From NCBI RefSeq assembly GCF_003018255.1, contig NZ_CP027440.1: DNA of 64,000 bases, one strand, 5' to 3'. Origin of the DNA: Escherichia coli (GTDB taxonomy: Bacteria > Pseudomonadota > Gammaproteobacteria > Enterobacterales > Enterobacteriaceae). The translations under genes were made by a program, and so were the position numbers. Numbering within the stretch: the stretch's first letter is position 1; every line of letters begins with the position of its first letter. Below the pieces are notes generated by a model that saw only the letters and a list, made by a program, of their open reading frames with translations, had not been told where the DNA came from and did no database searches. Of this stretch, positions 26,425-39,699 are shown in pieces.

Positions 26425-28410
26425 TTAATTTGGGGTTACGATATTCACCCACAAATCGAAATTATCCAGACAGGCAATAATTTCTTCCAGTTTCGCGCCA
26501 TTGCCAATAATTTTGGCTTTCTTCGCTTTTACCAGATCCACCATTTTGACTTGTCCGGTCAGCACGGCATGCAGGTCTTCACGGCTGATGTAGAAAGAGG
26601 CGTTGGCTTCAGGTTGCAGCGTTTTACGGTAGTTAAGCACGCTATCGTTCAGCGTCAGGTTGAGGTTATCGCCGTTGCTCATATTGAAGTTCAGGCTGAT
26701 ATTTTTACCCGCGGCTTTCGCACTATCGAGGCGAACGGACATAAAGTCGAACAGCATTTCGACCGACATTCCGCGAATGGTGTCCGGGGAACCGGTGGTG
26801 CCGTGGCTGAACTTATGTACCCCTTCGCGCAGCTCTTTCGCGCCGGTCAGGTAGAAACCGCGCCATGTGGCGGACTCGGCCTGATAGCCCAGCTGTTCAA
26901 AGTTATCCGCTTGCAGATTCTTCGCGACCTGGTCACCAGGGTTGGCGGCAATCACCTGTTTCAGCAGTTCTGCCGACCAGCGGTAATCACCTTGCTTGTT
27001 CGCTTCTTTCGCCAGGTTGATGACGCGGGCAGAACCGCCCAGAGCTTGCACGTAACGTTTACCCATCTCCACCTGACCATACGGATGCAGGTTAGCCGGG
27101 TTACCGTCGTAATAGCCAAGATAGAAGTTATACACCGCGCGGGCGTTGTGGCTGACAGAACCGTAATAGCCGCGGCTGGCCCAGTTATTGGCAAGCGCAG
27201 GCGGCAGCTTAATCATGTCGCCGATTTCATTCATGGTGTAGCCCTGGTTCGCCAGGTGCAGGGTCTGGTCGTGAATGTACTTGATGGTATCGCGATATTT
27301 ACCAATATAATCATTGATATGCTTATTGCCCCAGACCGGCCAGGTGTGCGGCATAAACAGTACTTCCGCGTCGTTACCCCACATATCCAGCGTTTCGTTC
27401 AGGTACTCGGTCCACTTGCTGGTATCGCGGGTTTTCGCGCCGCGCAGAGTGTAGAAGTTGTGCAGGGTATGCGTGGCGTTCTCGGCGGTACACAGGGCTT
27501 TCAGGGCCGGAATATAGAAGTGCATTTCGGCTGGCGCTTCGCTACCCGGAGTCATCAGGAAGTCAAATTCCAGGCCGTCGATAATCATCTTCTCGCCAGT
27601 TCTGACGATAGTTTTAGTCGGTGCAATAATGCTCGGGTCGCCCGTTGCCAGCGTCACGCCCAGGCCGTTGCCCACGTTGCCTTGCGCGTTGTGCGGCAGT
27701 AACAGACCGTAAGAGTAGAGCGCACGGCGGCTCATGATGTTACCCGCCAGCACGTTTTCGCTGATGGCTTCGTCCATAAAGCCTGCCGGAGCAATCACCT
27801 GCACTTTGCCGGATTTAACATCGGCTTCAGAGATAATACCTTTCACGCCGCCATAGTGGTCGGCGTGGCTGTGAGTGTAGATAACGGCAACAATCGGTTT
27901 TTGCGGACGATGCTGGAAGTAAAGATCAAGTGCGGCTTTTGCTGCAGGCGGCGTCACCAGCGGGTCGATAACAATAATGCCTTTCTCGCCCTCAACGAAC
28001 GTAATGTTAGAGATATCCTGGCCGCGCACCTGATACATTTTATCGGTGACTTTGAACAGGCCTGAAATGCCGTTGATCTGCGACTGACGCCACAGGCTGG
28101 GGTTTATGGTTTCCGGCGCAGCGGCATTAATATCAAATTTGTAATCATTCGCGCGGTAGTAAATTTTACCGTTCGCATCACGCAGAATACCTTCATCCAG
28201 CAGCGGAGCGATAAATCCACGCTGAGCATCGTCAAAATCCTGACGATCGCTAAACGGTAATGATTTGGCGTAATTCTGATTAACCTGTTGGGTATATTGA
28301 GTGGCGGCTTTCGCTTCATCTGTTGCATTAGCGGTATTTACCATCATGCTGCTGGCGGCAGTTAACGCAATAACAATCCTGCTCAAACGGAATAACCGAG
28401 AGTTATTCAT
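26425..28410 (-). CDS. yjcS: Periplasmic alkyl/aryl-sulfatase (metallo-beta-lactamase fold)
   Basis: ~661-aa ORF with signal peptide and [11 protein letters not shown] motif. Confidence 0.85.
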   Translation of the reverse strand: MNNSRLFRLSRIVIALTAASSMMVNTANATDEAKAATQYTQQVNQNYAKSLPFSDRQDFDDAQRGFIAPLLDEGILRDANGKIYYRANDYKFDINAAAPETINPSLWRQSQINGISGLFKVTDKMYQVRGQDISNITFVEGEKGIIVIDPLVTPPAAKAALDLYFQHRPQKPIVAVIYTHSHADHYGGVKGIISEADVKSGKVQVIAPAGFMDEAISENVLAGNIMSRRALYSYGLLLPHNAQGNVGNGLGVTLATGDPSIIAPTKTIVRTGEKMIIDGLEFDFLMTPGSEAPAEMHFYIPALKALCTAENATHTLHNFYTLRGAKTRDTSKWTEYLNETLDMWGNDAEVLFMPHTWPVWGNKHINDYIGKYRDTIKYIHDQTLHLANQGYTMNEIGDMIKLPPALANNWASRGYYGSVSHNARAVYNFYLGYYDGNPANLHPYGQVEMGKRYVQALGGSARVINLAKEANKQGDYRWSAELLKQVIAANPGDQVAKNLQADNFEQLGYQAESATWRGFYLTGAKELREGVHKFSHGTTGSPDTIRGMSVEMLFDFMSVRLDSAKAAGKNISLNFNMSNGDNLNLTLNDSVLNYRKTLQPEANASFYISREDLHAVLTGQVKMVDLVKAKKAKIIGNGAKLEEIIACLDNFDLWVNIVTPN

Positions 28411-28682
28411 ATAAATCTCCATTTATCATTTATGTCGTAAATATGTAATCCATGCAAAATACGTCATTTAAAGCTGGCGTTATCATAATTGGGAAATTGC
28501 GACTTTAATAAGTAGAAGTGTGAGCGGAACGAGCCATTTTATTAGGCATTTGTGCTGAAGAGGGAAAAGTACAGTAGAACTATCATTGCTGGGAATAATA
28601 TGGGCTGTTTTATGTAATTATTATATATATTGTACCTGTCGTTGGCACAGCGGGACATTGCGCTACTGTGCCAACGCTTTAC

Positions 28683-30291
<1,609 letters not shown>

Positions 30292-30301
30292 GTTCAATTC
30301 C

Positions 30302-31282
30302 TTACTTACTGATAAGACGGTCAAGGGCGACAGCCGCGATAATTAATCCGCCCATCACCACCAGTTGGTAATAGGTTTGTACCTGCAAAATATTCAGACC
30401 GTTGTTGATGGTGCCGATGATCAACCCGCCAATCACCACAGAGAAAATGCGCCCCTTGCCGCCGAAGAAACTGGTGCCGCCAATGATGGCGCTGGCAATG
30501 GCATAGGTTTCAAAACCCATACCGGCAAGCGGTTCTGCGGCACCGAGTCGTGCAGTTGAGACGACGCCTGCCAGACCTGCACAAACACCGGAGATGATAA
30601 ACACCACCAGGATGTGGAATTTCACGTCAATCCCGGAATAGAACGCCGAGTTTTTGTTGCCGCCCAGTGCGTAGATGTTGCGCCCGAGCCGCATACGCGT
30701 TGTCAGAAACCAAAGGATGAGCGCGACAATTAGCGAGAAGATAACGGGGACAGGTATCCCAATTACGCTGGCGGCAAAGAAGTTCACGAAGTCAAATGAG
30801 AAGCCGTATACCGAGTTGGCATCGGAGATCACCAGCGTGATCCCACGGAAAATAGCGTTGGTGCCAAGGGTGATAATGAACGGGTGTAGTCCCGTCCAGT
30901 TGACCAGGCAGCCGTTGATCGCCCCCAGTGCGCCGCCAACCAGTACACCGCCAATTAGCGCCGCGAGAAACGGATCAATACCTGCCAACATCAGTTTAGC
31001 GGTCACCATACCGGAAAGCGCCAGAATCGCGCCAACCGAAAGGTCGATACCGGCGACCAGGATAGCGAAGAATTCCCCCATGCCGATCAGTACCGTCACG
31101 GAGCTTTGCACAAAAATCTGGGTAATATTATTGGTGGTCAGAAAATATTCTGGCGACAGCGAACCAAAAATGGCGACGATGATCGCCAGGATAAAAAAAG
31201 TACCGTATTTATCCCAGAACAGCGCAAAGTTGAACGGTTTCTTCTCGCTCGCTTCGCTTTTTACTCGTGTGGTAAAGCCCAT
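30302..31282 (-). CDS. alsC: Allose ABC transporter permease
   Basis: 326-aa polytopic ORF. Confidence 0.88.
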   Translation of the reverse strand: MGFTTRVKSEASEKKPFNFALFWDKYGTFFILAIIVAIFGSLSPEYFLTTNNITQIFVQSSVTVLIGMGEFFAILVAGIDLSVGAILALSGMVTAKLMLAGIDPFLAALIGGVLVGGALGAINGCLVNWTGLHPFIITLGTNAIFRGITLVISDANSVYGFSFDFVNFFAASVIGIPVPVIFSLIVALILWFLTTRMRLGRNIYALGGNKNSAFYSGIDVKFHILVVFIISGVCAGLAGVVSTARLGAAEPLAGMGFETYAIASAIIGGTSFFGGKGRIFSVVIGGLIIGTINNGLNILQVQTYYQLVVMGGLIIAAVALDRLISK

Positions 31283-32793
31283 GCCATAATCTCCTCTTCG
31301 CTCATGTCATCGCGATTGGTCAGGATTTGCGTCAGTCGTCCTTCGCAGAACACGGCGATGCGGTCGCAGACGGTGATAATTTCAGGTAGTTCAGATGACA
31401 CCATCAGGATGACTTTTCCGTCGTCCGCCAGTTGGCGCATCACTTTGTAAATTTCGGCTTTCGCGCCAACGTCGATGCCACGGGTAGGTTCATCGAAAAT
31501 GATCACTTCCGGGTGACAGCACAGCCATTTGGAGATCAGGACTTTCTGCTGGTTACCGCCGGAGAGTTCAGTGATGTTCTGGTTTACCGAATGACATTTC
31601 AGCGCCAGCAGTTCGCGCTGGGCTTCAGCGGTACGTTGCTCGTCAACTTCATGAAACAACCCCATCGCGCCTTTATAGCCGCCGTCTTTCAGACTGCGGC
31701 TGATAGCTATGTTCTGAGCGATAGAAAAGTTGGGGAAAAAGCCGTTATCCCGGCGGCTTTCAGTGATGTAAGCCATCCCTTTTTTCACGGCATCCAGGGG
31801 AGAACGTGGAGAGATATCTTTGCCATTAAGACGGATTTCTCCGCCAGCGCGTTTATCAACGCCAAACAGGCAGTTCATCAGTTCAGTACGTCCGGAACCG
31901 ACCAGTCCGGCAAAGCCTAATATTTCTCCCCGGCAGACGCTAAATGAGATATCCCGGACCTTTTTTCTGTCACGGCTGGTGACGTTGCGCACCTCAAAAA
32001 CCGTATCGTGCGCAAGGTTGCTGACATTCTCCTTCATCGCGTTAAAACGGTTTTGCAGTTCGCGACCTACCATCAGACGGACGATATCGTCATTTGACAC
32101 ATCGCTCACCATGCCGCTGCAAACGCTGCTGCCGTCTTTCATCACCGTATAGCGGTCGCAAATACGGCGAATTTCCGCCAATTTATGCGAGATATAGACG
32201 ATGGCCGTACCCTCCTTACGCAACTGATTCATGATCAGAAACAAATAGTCCACCTCTTTATTAGTGAGTGAGGAGGTGGGTTCATCCATGATGATGACTT
32301 TGGCGTCGAGCATCAGCGTTTTGGCAATTTCCAGCATCTGCTTGTGGCTGATAGATAAATTCGCCACTTTCTCATCTAAATCAACTTTCAAGCCCACGCG
32401 TAATAACATCATGGCGGCGCGGACACGCATTTCTCGCCAGTCGATAATATTGACGCCACAGATTTTTTTCGTCAGATGACGACCAATATATAAATTTTCC
32501 AGTACGGTTAATTCATCAATAACGCTGAGTTCTTGATAAATAATCCCGATGCCGAGTTGTGCCGCTAATTTATGATCCAGTTTGTTATAGTTAATGTTAT
32601 TAATGGTAATGGTGCCTTTGGTCGGCTCATGTATTCCGGATAAAACTTTCATTAGCGTGGATTTACCCGCGCCATTTTCTCCTAGTAATGCATGTATTTC
32701 ACCAGGATAAACCGTTAAATTAACCGACTTTAATGCGTGAACCGGACCAAAGGACTTGCCGATCCCCGCCATCGATATATATGGCGTGGCCAT
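31261..32793 (-). CDS. alsA: Allose ABC transporter ATPase (duplicated ABC domains)
   Basis: 510-aa ORF with two Walker A motifs (GENGAGKST, GLVGSGRTE). Confidence 0.9.
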   Translation of the reverse strand: MATPYISMAGIGKSFGPVHALKSVNLTVYPGEIHALLGENGAGKSTLMKVLSGIHEPTKGTITINNINYNKLDHKLAAQLGIGIIYQELSVIDELTVLENLYIGRHLTKKICGVNIIDWREMRVRAAMMLLRVGLKVDLDEKVANLSISHKQMLEIAKTLMLDAKVIIMDEPTSSLTNKEVDYLFLIMNQLRKEGTAIVYISHKLAEIRRICDRYTVMKDGSSVCSGMVSDVSNDDIVRLMVGRELQNRFNAMKENVSNLAHDTVFEVRNVTSRDRKKVRDISFSVCRGEILGFAGLVGSGRTELMNCLFGVDKRAGGEIRLNGKDISPRSPLDAVKKGMAYITESRRDNGFFPNFSIAQNIAISRSLKDGGYKGAMGLFHEVDEQRTAEAQRELLALKCHSVNQNITELSGGNQQKVLISKWLCCHPEVIIFDEPTRGIDVGAKAEIYKVMRQLADDGKVILMVSSELPEIITVCDRIAVFCEGRLTQILTNRDDMSEEEIMAWALPHE

Positions 32794-32826
32794 AAATAAC
32801 CTCTCTGCACGAAATATCGTATTATT

Positions 32827-32912
32827 GCCTGATGGGCTACACTTATCAGGTCTACGTTCAGGTTATTTTGTTGGCCGGATAAGACACTTCATTAGCATCA
32901 CCATCCGGCATC
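32827..32912. repeat. REP elements between alsB and alsA
   Basis: GCCTGATGGGCTACACTTATCAGG and GCCGGATAAGAC..CATCCGGC palindromes of the REP type. Confidence 0.7.
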
Positions 32913-32920
32913 ATTTAGTT

Positions 32921-33856
32921 TTATTGAGTGACCAGGATTGAATCGACCAGTTTAAATTCCGGTGCTTTATCCAGCGGGATAACCTTGCCGGATTTTTCAG
33001 CGTCAACCATCAGCTTCAGACCCGTTGCGCCGATATCCGCCGGGTTCTGGGCAACCGTCGCGGTCATTTGTCCGGCTTCCACCATTTTGCGGGCTTCCGG
33101 AATGCCATCTGTACCGACGACCAGCACTTTTCCCGTTTTTCCGGCGTTTGCGACAGCCTGAGCAACACCCATTGCCATCGTGTCATTCGCGCAATAGATC
33201 GCTTTAATATTCGGATTACGTTGCAACACGTTAGTGGCGACATCCAGTGCTTTAATACGGTCCCAGTCGGCAGGCTGGCTGGCGACAAGCTTGATCTGGC
33301 TTGCTTTTTTGAAGGCTTCGGTGGCACCATTACGACGCGCTTCACCGGAGGCGTTACCGGCTTTACCCTCAATGATTGCGACTTCACCCCCTTCGGCACC
33401 CAGCTTGTCAATAATGAATGACGCGCCTTTCGCCCCGACGGCAACATTATCGGTGGTGACAAAACCTTCCACATTACCGCCTGCTTTTTTCAGATTATCC
33501 ATGTCGATTTTTTCATCGAGATTGACCAGATAAATGCCTTTTTTCCATGCGCGGGCGACAGGCATGACCAGGTTCACTGAGGATAATGGTGCGAAGGCGA
33601 TACCTTTGTAATTTTTATTACTGAGATCTTCAAATAACTGCAATTGAGATTGAAAATCGCCTTCTGAAGGAGAGGCAAAAATATCAACGCTGACGCCCAG
33701 CGTTTTTGCTTCATCTTCAATGCCTTTTTTCATATCTACCCAAAATGGATTGGAGAGTGTTTTCAATACGACGGCATATTCGGCGGCAGCAAAAGCGCTG
33801 GTTGACAACATTAAGCCCACGAGTGTGCCGCTGAAATATTTCAGATATTTATTCAT
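32921..33856 (-). CDS. alsB: Periplasmic D-allose-binding protein
   Basis: 311 codons from MNKYLKYF; signal peptide ending AFA. Confidence 0.9.
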   Translation of the reverse strand: MNKYLKYFSGTLVGLMLSTSAFAAAEYAVVLKTLSNPFWVDMKKGIEDEAKTLGVSVDIFASPSEGDFQSQLQLFEDLSNKNYKGIAFAPLSSVNLVMPVARAWKKGIYLVNLDEKIDMDNLKKAGGNVEGFVTTDNVAVGAKGASFIIDKLGAEGGEVAIIEGKAGNASGEARRNGATEAFKKASQIKLVASQPADWDRIKALDVATNVLQRNPNIKAIYCANDTMAMGVAQAVANAGKTGKVLVVGTDGIPEARKMVEAGQMTATVAQNPADIGATGLKLMVDAEKSGKVIPLDKAPEFKLVDSILVTQ

Positions 33857-33914
33857 AATCATGTTCTCACGGTAAGGGGATAGGTAACTCCGCGATGGCG
33901 GAATTACCTTTTTC

Positions 33915-34805
33915 TTATTTCAGCGCGCCTGGTGAGAAGAAATCAACAATTGCGCCGGTTTTTTGCATATTAATATTAGCTTGTTCAATGTTGAGCTGGG
34001 CGACAGAGACAAAAAACGCGTCCAGCAAAGTTAGTTGTAATATTCTTGCCGAGGCATTACGACCTAATAACGGTGTTTCCGGGGCCGGTGAGCAAATAAT
34101 ATAATCGGCCAGCTTCGCTATCGGTGAATGGTAGCTATGCGTTATACAAATAATCTTTGCCCCGTTCTTTTTTGCCAGTTCTACAGCCGCTTTTACATCA
34201 CTGGTTCGCCCGGAATGGGTCACCACCAGCACCACATCTCCTTCCTGTAACAACGAAGCAGACATCATCATGATGTGAGCGTCCGGATAGGCCTGGCAGC
34301 GTACGCCAATGCGCAAAAACTTGTGCTGTACATCAGCACAGATTGCATTTGATCCTCCGGCACCGTACAAATCCCGCTGTCTGGCCTGATAGAAAAAGCG
34401 GGCGGCACGGTGGATCTCATCAACGTTGACGATCGACTGACCTTCCATAATGGTGCGTAAAGTGATGTTAAATACCTTATTCACCACATCCTGCGGCGCT
34501 TCATCAAAAGCCAACTCGGAAGGCAATACTTGTTCTGACTGAGAAAAATAATCTTCCAGCGCACTGCGTAAGTTACGAAAGCCGCTAAACCCCAGCAGCT
34601 TTGATACCTTAACGATCATCGCTTCAGATACCGCCAGAGCTTCTGCGACATCTTTAATTGCGGGTGCACAACTCAGGTTACCGGGTTTGAGTAACCACTC
34701 CACGATGCGGCTTTCGTTTTCTGTCATTCCTTCCTGCTTCATTCGCAGGTAAGGCGCTAACCCGATACCGTTCGGAAGCGCTGAATCAAACTCTGACTGG
34801 CTCAT
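33915..34805 (-). CDS. rpiR: RpiR/AlsR transcriptional repressor (HTH + SIS domain)
   Basis: ~296-aa ORF, divergent from rpiB. Confidence 0.85.
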   Translation of the reverse strand: MSQSEFDSALPNGIGLAPYLRMKQEGMTENESRIVEWLLKPGNLSCAPAIKDVAEALAVSEAMIVKVSKLLGFSGFRNLRSALEDYFSQSEQVLPSELAFDEAPQDVVNKVFNITLRTIMEGQSIVNVDEIHRAARFFYQARQRDLYGAGGSNAICADVQHKFLRIGVRCQAYPDAHIMMMSASLLQEGDVVLVVTHSGRTSDVKAAVELAKKNGAKIICITHSYHSPIAKLADYIICSPAPETPLLGRNASARILQLTLLDAFFVSVAQLNIEQANINMQKTGAIVDFFSPGALK

Positions 34806-35162
34806 CACGTTCTCTTGTCCTTGAATTGAAGACGCCACTATATCACCACAGCAAGAACAGAAAAGATGCTGGCAACTTCACAAAAAAATAAAATTTATAA
34901 AGTTTGTTTTGTTGTGAATAATGGAGAGTGGCTTAAAATTTCATTTCATTTAATCACTTTAAAAACATGATGTTATTGTTTTCCTGGTTTATTAGATGAT
35001 AGATGTTGCTGGATAGTGAGTGTCTTTAACGCTATTGCGCTGCCAGATGTAACTCTGTAAAACAGATCGGGAAGGCGGATTTCATCGATTTTGGGTGTTT
35101 TTAATTCATTTACATCACAAATGTTTTTTGATTGTGAAGTTTTGCGCGGGCGGGGAAGATGA

Positions 35163-35612
35163 ATGAAAAAGATTGCATTTGGCTGTGATCATGTCGGTTT
35201 CATTTTAAAACATGAAATAGTGGCACATTTAGTTGAGCGTGGCGTTGAAGTGATTGATAAAGGAACCTGGTCGTCAGAGCGTACTGATTATCCGCATTAC
35301 GCCAGTCACGTCGCACTGGCCGTTGCTGGCGGAGAGGCTGATGGCGGGATTTTGATTTGTGGCACTGGCGTCGGTATTTCGATAGCGGCGAACAAGTTTG
35401 CCGGAATTCGCGCGGTCGTTTGTAGCGAACCTTATTCCGCGCAACTTTCGCGGCAGCATAACGACACCAACGTGCTGGCTTTTGGTTCACGAGTGGTTGG
35501 CCTCGAACTGGCAAAAATGATTGTCGATGCGTGGCTGGGCGCACAGTACGAAGGCGGTCGTCATCAACAACGCGTGGAGGCGATTACGGCAATAGAGCAG
35601 CGGAGAAATTGA
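35163..35612 (+). CDS. rpiB: Ribose-5-phosphate isomerase B / allose-6-phosphate isomerase
   Basis: 149-aa ORF of the RpiB/LacAB family. Confidence 0.92.
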   Translation: MKKIAFGCDHVGFILKHEIVAHLVERGVEVIDKGTWSSERTDYPHYASHVALAVAGGEADGGILICGTGVGISIAANKFAGIRAVVCSEPYSAQLSRQHNDTNVLAFGSRVVGLELAKMIVDAWLGAQYEGGRHQQRVEAITAIEQRRN

Positions 35613-35680
35613 GATTCGTCCACTACTTGCATGGATGAGTAATGACTAATGTGGATAGAGTTTCTTTTTGAGGTTGGCTA

Positions 35681-36010
35681 ATGAAACGCTTTCCGCTATT
35701 TCTTTTATTCACCCTGCTCACGCTGTCCACCGTTCCGGCCCAGGCCGATATTATCGACGACACCATTGGCAATATTCAGCAGGCGATTAACGACGCTTAT
35801 AACCCTGACCGTGGGCGAGACTATGAAGATTCGCGCGACGACGGCTGGCAGCGTGAAGTGAGCGACGATCGGCGCAGACAATATGATGACCGCCGCCGCC
35901 AGTTTGAAGATCGCCGCAGGCAGCTGGACGATCGCCAGCGCCAGCTTGATCAGGAGCGTCGGCAACTGGAAGATGAAGAGCGGAGAATGGAAGATGAGTA
36001 TGGGCGTTGA
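35681..36010 (+). CDS. yjdP: Small secreted protein with charged DDRRRQ-type repeats
   Basis: 109-aa ORF: signal peptide (..VPAQA) then tandem D/E-R-R-R-Q repeats. Confidence 0.75.
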   Translation: MKRFPLFLLFTLLTLSTVPAQADIIDDTIGNIQQAINDAYNPDRGRDYEDSRDDGWQREVSDDRRRQYDDRRRQFEDRRRQLDDRQRQLDQERRQLEDEERRMEDEYGR

Positions 36011-36037
36011 TATAGGGGCCGGCGCGGGTATTTTCCC

Positions 36038-36796
36038 TCACGCCACCTCAATCTCCATCCCATCAAACCCCGCCTCAAACCCCGATGGTAGCGCGTTTTC
36101 CATCAGCCACGCATCAAACTGATGGCTGATATGGGTCAGAATCACCCGCGGCGAGCGGATAACCTGATTCAGCGCAAGCACGGTATTTAAATCACAGTGA
36201 TTACGCGGTGCATCCTCGCGCGGCGGGTGGCTGCAATCAATCACCATTACCTGCGGCTGATTATTGCGTAAAAATTTCAGCGTTTTTTCCGGCAGGCCTG
36301 CGGTGTCAGATAGCCACGCCACCCGGCTGTGCGCCGTTTCCAGTAAATAGCCGAAAGTGAGTTTTGAGTGGTTGAGCGGTAGCGGCGTGACCTGTAATCC
36401 CTGCAAATCAAACATCACAAATGGCTCCACCGTGTGGCTGAAATCAAGCAGGCCCGAATGTTTGAATAGATCGTCGCAGCCCTGTTCATCCGGCGGGCCG
36501 TAGACCGGGATCTGATCGCCCACGCCCCAGCGCAGCGGAAACAGCCCCTGCACGTGATCCATATGGTAGTGCGTCAGCAAAAACTGCTGGAACGATCCGG
36601 GCGACCAGCGATCGGCGAGATCGTGCCGCCCGGCGTCGATCAGGGTGATCGCGTCGTTAAACTTCACGACGCCGCTGCATGGCTGGCGGCGATACTGCGG
36701 TGAGCGCCGCGCTCTGACGCAGGCCACGCACTCACAGCCCCATGCGGGAACGCCCTGTGCGCCGCCAGTGCCAGTAAGTGTGAGGGTCAGGCTCAT
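36038..36796 (-). CDS. phnP: Phosphoribosyl 1,2-cyclic phosphate phosphodiesterase
   Basis: 252-aa ORF with metallo-beta-lactamase motif HYHMDH; last gene of the phn operon. Confidence 0.9.
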   Translation of the reverse strand: MSLTLTLTGTGGAQGVPAWGCECVACVRARRSPQYRRQPCSGVVKFNDAITLIDAGRHDLADRWSPGSFQQFLLTHYHMDHVQGLFPLRWGVGDQIPVYGPPDEQGCDDLFKHSGLLDFSHTVEPFVMFDLQGLQVTPLPLNHSKLTFGYLLETAHSRVAWLSDTAGLPEKTLKFLRNNQPQVMVIDCSHPPREDAPRNHCDLNTVLALNQVIRSPRVILTHISHQFDAWLMENALPSGFEAGFDGMEIEVA

Positions 36797-36797
36797 G

Positions 36798-37232
36798 TTA
36801 CAGCACCTTGGTGAAGCGGAAGTGGCTCTGCTCGTAGCCTTCGCGCAGGTAAAATCGGTGCGCGTCGTGGCGCTTCACGTTGGTGGAAAGCTCAGTCATT
36901 TCGGCCCCGGCCTGGCGGGCTTCTTCTTCTGCCCATGCCAGTAATTTGCTGCCGACATTCAGACCGCGCGCCTGCGGCATCACCACCAGTTCCTGAATTT
37001 CGCCGATCCAGTTGACATGATGCAGATGAAACTGCAAATGCAGGCCGATCATGCCGACAACTTCGCCATCCAGCAGCGCCAGTTGGTAGCGCATGTTCGG
37101 ATCGCGCAGATTGGCGTTAAACCCCACGCGAAACGCCTGGTGGTCAAACTCCGCCTGTTTTAGCTCACAAATCAGCGCGTAAACTGCGTCGGTGTCGTAC
37201 TGCGTAGCCGGGCGAAGCTCACAAGCAGGCAT
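36798..37232 (-). CDS. phnO: Aminoalkylphosphonate N-acetyltransferase (GNAT)
   Basis: 144-aa GNAT-fold ORF. Confidence 0.9.
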   Translation of the reverse strand: MPACELRPATQYDTDAVYALICELKQAEFDHQAFRVGFNANLRDPNMRYQLALLDGEVVGMIGLHLQFHLHHVNWIGEIQELVVMPQARGLNVGSKLLAWAEEEARQAGAEMTELSTNVKRHDAHRFYLREGYEQSHFRFTKVL

Positions 37233-37776
37233 GGTGTTTCTCCTTCTGATGAATCAGCGTCAGCAACTTGTCGACCGACTGGCGCAGGCTGCCGTCATTA
37301 TTGAGCGTAAGACAATCCTGAGGAGTATAGCGGGCAGCGCGCGCCAGCCGGGCGTTAATTTCACTGGCATTTTCACGACCACGGTTTTCCAGGCGCTGGC
37401 GCAGGATCTCTGGCGAAACCTGTAAACAAACGGGCAGCAGCGCCGATTGATAGCGCGCCCGCGCCTGCGGCAGATGGGCGCGTGAGCCGTTGACCACCAC
37501 GTCAAATCCAGCGTGCAGCCAGAGGTCAATCTCGACGCCGACGCCATAATACAGACCGTTAGCGTGCCAGCTTAAGGCCAGAAGGTTCTGCCCCGCGCGG
37601 GTAAAAAACTCCTGCTCGCTCAGGGCGATATGGTTTTCACTTCCGGCGCTGGCGGCGCGCGTGATGTAGCGATGCGCTACCAGTAGCTGAGTTTGTTCCC
37701 GCTGGCGGAGTTCCGTCAACAGACTGTCTTTTCCGGAGCCAGAGGCCCCCATTAACCAAATCAGTTTTCCCGTCAT
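37219..37776 (-). CDS. phnN: Ribose 1,5-bisphosphate phosphokinase
   Basis: 185-aa ORF with P-loop GASGSGKDS. Confidence 0.9.
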   Translation of the reverse strand: MTGKLIWLMGASGSGKDSLLTELRQREQTQLLVAHRYITRAASAGSENHIALSEQEFFTRAGQNLLALSWHANGLYYGVGVEIDLWLHAGFDVVVNGSRAHLPQARARYQSALLPVCLQVSPEILRQRLENRGRENASEINARLARAARYTPQDCLTLNNDGSLRQSVDKLLTLIHQKEKHHACL

Positions 37777-38912
37777 CAGAACACCCTTTTACCCTGACGC
37801 CAGACGTGGTCGATATGAATGTGATTGCCCTTGCGATGCGCCAGCACCAGGTCGGCGCGTTTGCCCTCGCCAATCACCCCGCGATCCTGAAGATTAAGCG
37901 CCTGCGCCGGATTTTTAGTCACCAGCTTCACCGCCTGCGGCAGCGTAAAGCGGTTGCTCTCGTCATCGGCGACGCGAAATGCCGCATCGAGCAGGCTGGC
38001 GGGGTAGTAGTCGGAAGAGAGGATATCCAGCAGGCCAAGCTGCGCCAGTTCACTGGCCGCCACGTTGCCGGAGTGCGAACCGCCGCGCACGATATTCGGT
38101 GCGCCCATCAGCACGTTCATGCCATGCTTGCGCGAGGCTTCTGCCGCTTCGAACGTGGTGGGAAATTCGGCGATTACGCTGCCAAGTTGGTGAGATTCAG
38201 CAACGTGGGCGTGCGTGGCGTCATCGTGGCTGGCGAGCGCAATGTGTCGCGCGCGGCACATTGCGGCGATGGTTTCGCGATTTGGCTGCGACCAGCGTGC
38301 GGCGAGCGCCAGCTGCTCTTCTTCATACTGCTGCATCTGCGCTTCGGTGAGCGAGTATTTGCCCTGATAATATTCGCGATACTTCTCGCGGTTAGCGAAC
38401 TGGCGCTGGCCCGGCGAGTGATCCATCAGCGACACCAGCGTCACCGGTTCGCGCTGCACCAGTTTTTCAAACAGCGGCAGCGTGGTGTGATGCGGCAGTT
38501 CGCAGCGCAGATGCAGACGGTGCTCGGCGCGGTTGACGCCGCGTTTCTGCGTCTCTTCGATGGCGTTGATCATCTTCTCCAGATTCTCCAGCCGATCGCC
38601 GCCGTCGCGCACGTCGCCAATCGCCACCGCGTCCAGCACGGTGGTGATGCCGCTCGCCACCATCAGCGCGTCGTGGCTACTCATTGCCGAGTGGGCGGGC
38701 CAGTCCACTTTTGGACGCGGGGTGAAGAATTTATCCAGATTATCGGTATGCAGCTCAATCAGCCCCGGCAGCAGCCAGCCACCTTCGCCGTCCATCGCTT
38801 CCGGCTGGCGGCTCTGGCTTTCGGCAAAGGCGCGAATTTTGCCATCCTGTACTTCCAGTGAACCGTGCACCACTTCGTTTTCCAGCACCAGTTTGACGTT
38901 ATTGATAATCAT
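37776..38912 (-). CDS. phnM: Amidohydrolase-family triphosphate diphosphatase
   Basis: 378-aa ORF overlapping phnN start and phnL stop. Confidence 0.9.
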   Translation of the reverse strand: MIINNVKLVLENEVVHGSLEVQDGKIRAFAESQSRQPEAMDGEGGWLLPGLIELHTDNLDKFFTPRPKVDWPAHSAMSSHDALMVASGITTVLDAVAIGDVRDGGDRLENLEKMINAIEETQKRGVNRAEHRLHLRCELPHHTTLPLFEKLVQREPVTLVSLMDHSPGQRQFANREKYREYYQGKYSLTEAQMQQYEEEQLALAARWSQPNRETIAAMCRARHIALASHDDATHAHVAESHQLGSVIAEFPTTFEAAEASRKHGMNVLMGAPNIVRGGSHSGNVAASELAQLGLLDILSSDYYPASLLDAAFRVADDESNRFTLPQAVKLVTKNPAQALNLQDRGVIGEGKRADLVLAHRKGNHIHIDHVWRQGKRVF

Positions 38913-39589
38913 GAAGAGACTCCCATTGGGTGCAGGCGGTCGGCGACGTCATTGCGTACGGCTTCGTCATGGAAGATACCGACGATGGCCGCGCCACGGG
39001 CTTTGGCTTCGCGAATTAATTCCACCACCGCGGCGCTGTTTTTAGCGTCCAGCGAGGCGGTGGGTTCATCCAGCAGCAGAATCGGATAGTCGACGATAAA
39101 GCCACGGGCGATGTTGACGCGCTGCTGTTCGCCGCCGGAGAAGGTCGATGGTGCCAGGTGCCACAGGCGTTCAGGCACGTTCAGGCGCGTCAGTAATCGG
39201 GCGGCTTTAGCGGCGCAGGCTTCACGCGGTACGCCGGTATCGAGCAGAGGCTGCATCACCACTTCCAGTGCCGAAATACGCGGGATGACGCGCAGAAACT
39301 GGCTCACCCAGCCGATGGTGGTTTTGCGGATCTCCACCACTTTGCGGGCTGGCGCGGTGACCAGGTCTACCCATTCCTCACCGTGTTTGATCTGGATTTG
39401 CCCTTCGTCGGGCAGATAGTTGGCGTACAGCGAGCGCAGCAGGGTTGATTTTCCGCTGCCGGAGTGGCCGTGAAGCACCACGCATTCGCCTGCGTTGACG
39501 GTGAGCGAGGCACGTTGTAAGACGGGCAGGCGCACGCCGTTTTGCTGATGCAGGATGAAGGTTTTACTGACGTTTTGTACGTTAATCAT
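38909..39589 (-). CDS. phnL: C-P lyase ABC-ATPase-like subunit
   Basis: 226 codons from MINVQNVSK; Walker [10 protein letters not shown]. The track ORF extends upstream into the REP spacer. Confidence 0.88.
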   Translation of the reverse strand: MINVQNVSKTFILHQQNGVRLPVLQRASLTVNAGECVVLHGHSGSGKSTLLRSLYANYLPDEGQIQIKHGEEWVDLVTAPARKVVEIRKTTIGWVSQFLRVIPRISALEVVMQPLLDTGVPREACAAKAARLLTRLNVPERLWHLAPSTFSGGEQQRVNIARGFIVDYPILLLDEPTASLDAKNSAAVVELIREAKARGAAIVGIFHDEAVRNDVADRLHPMGVSS

Positions 39590-39610
39590 TTTTCGCCTCG
39601 TGGTTCGGGT

Positions 39611-39697
<87 letters not shown>

Positions 39698-39699
39698 GC

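Noticed and set aside
28641-28676. Inverted repeat GTTGGCACAG..CTGTGCCAAC downstream of alsK
   Set aside because: A stem is present but there is no adjacent T-run on either strand, so an intrinsic terminator is not well supported.
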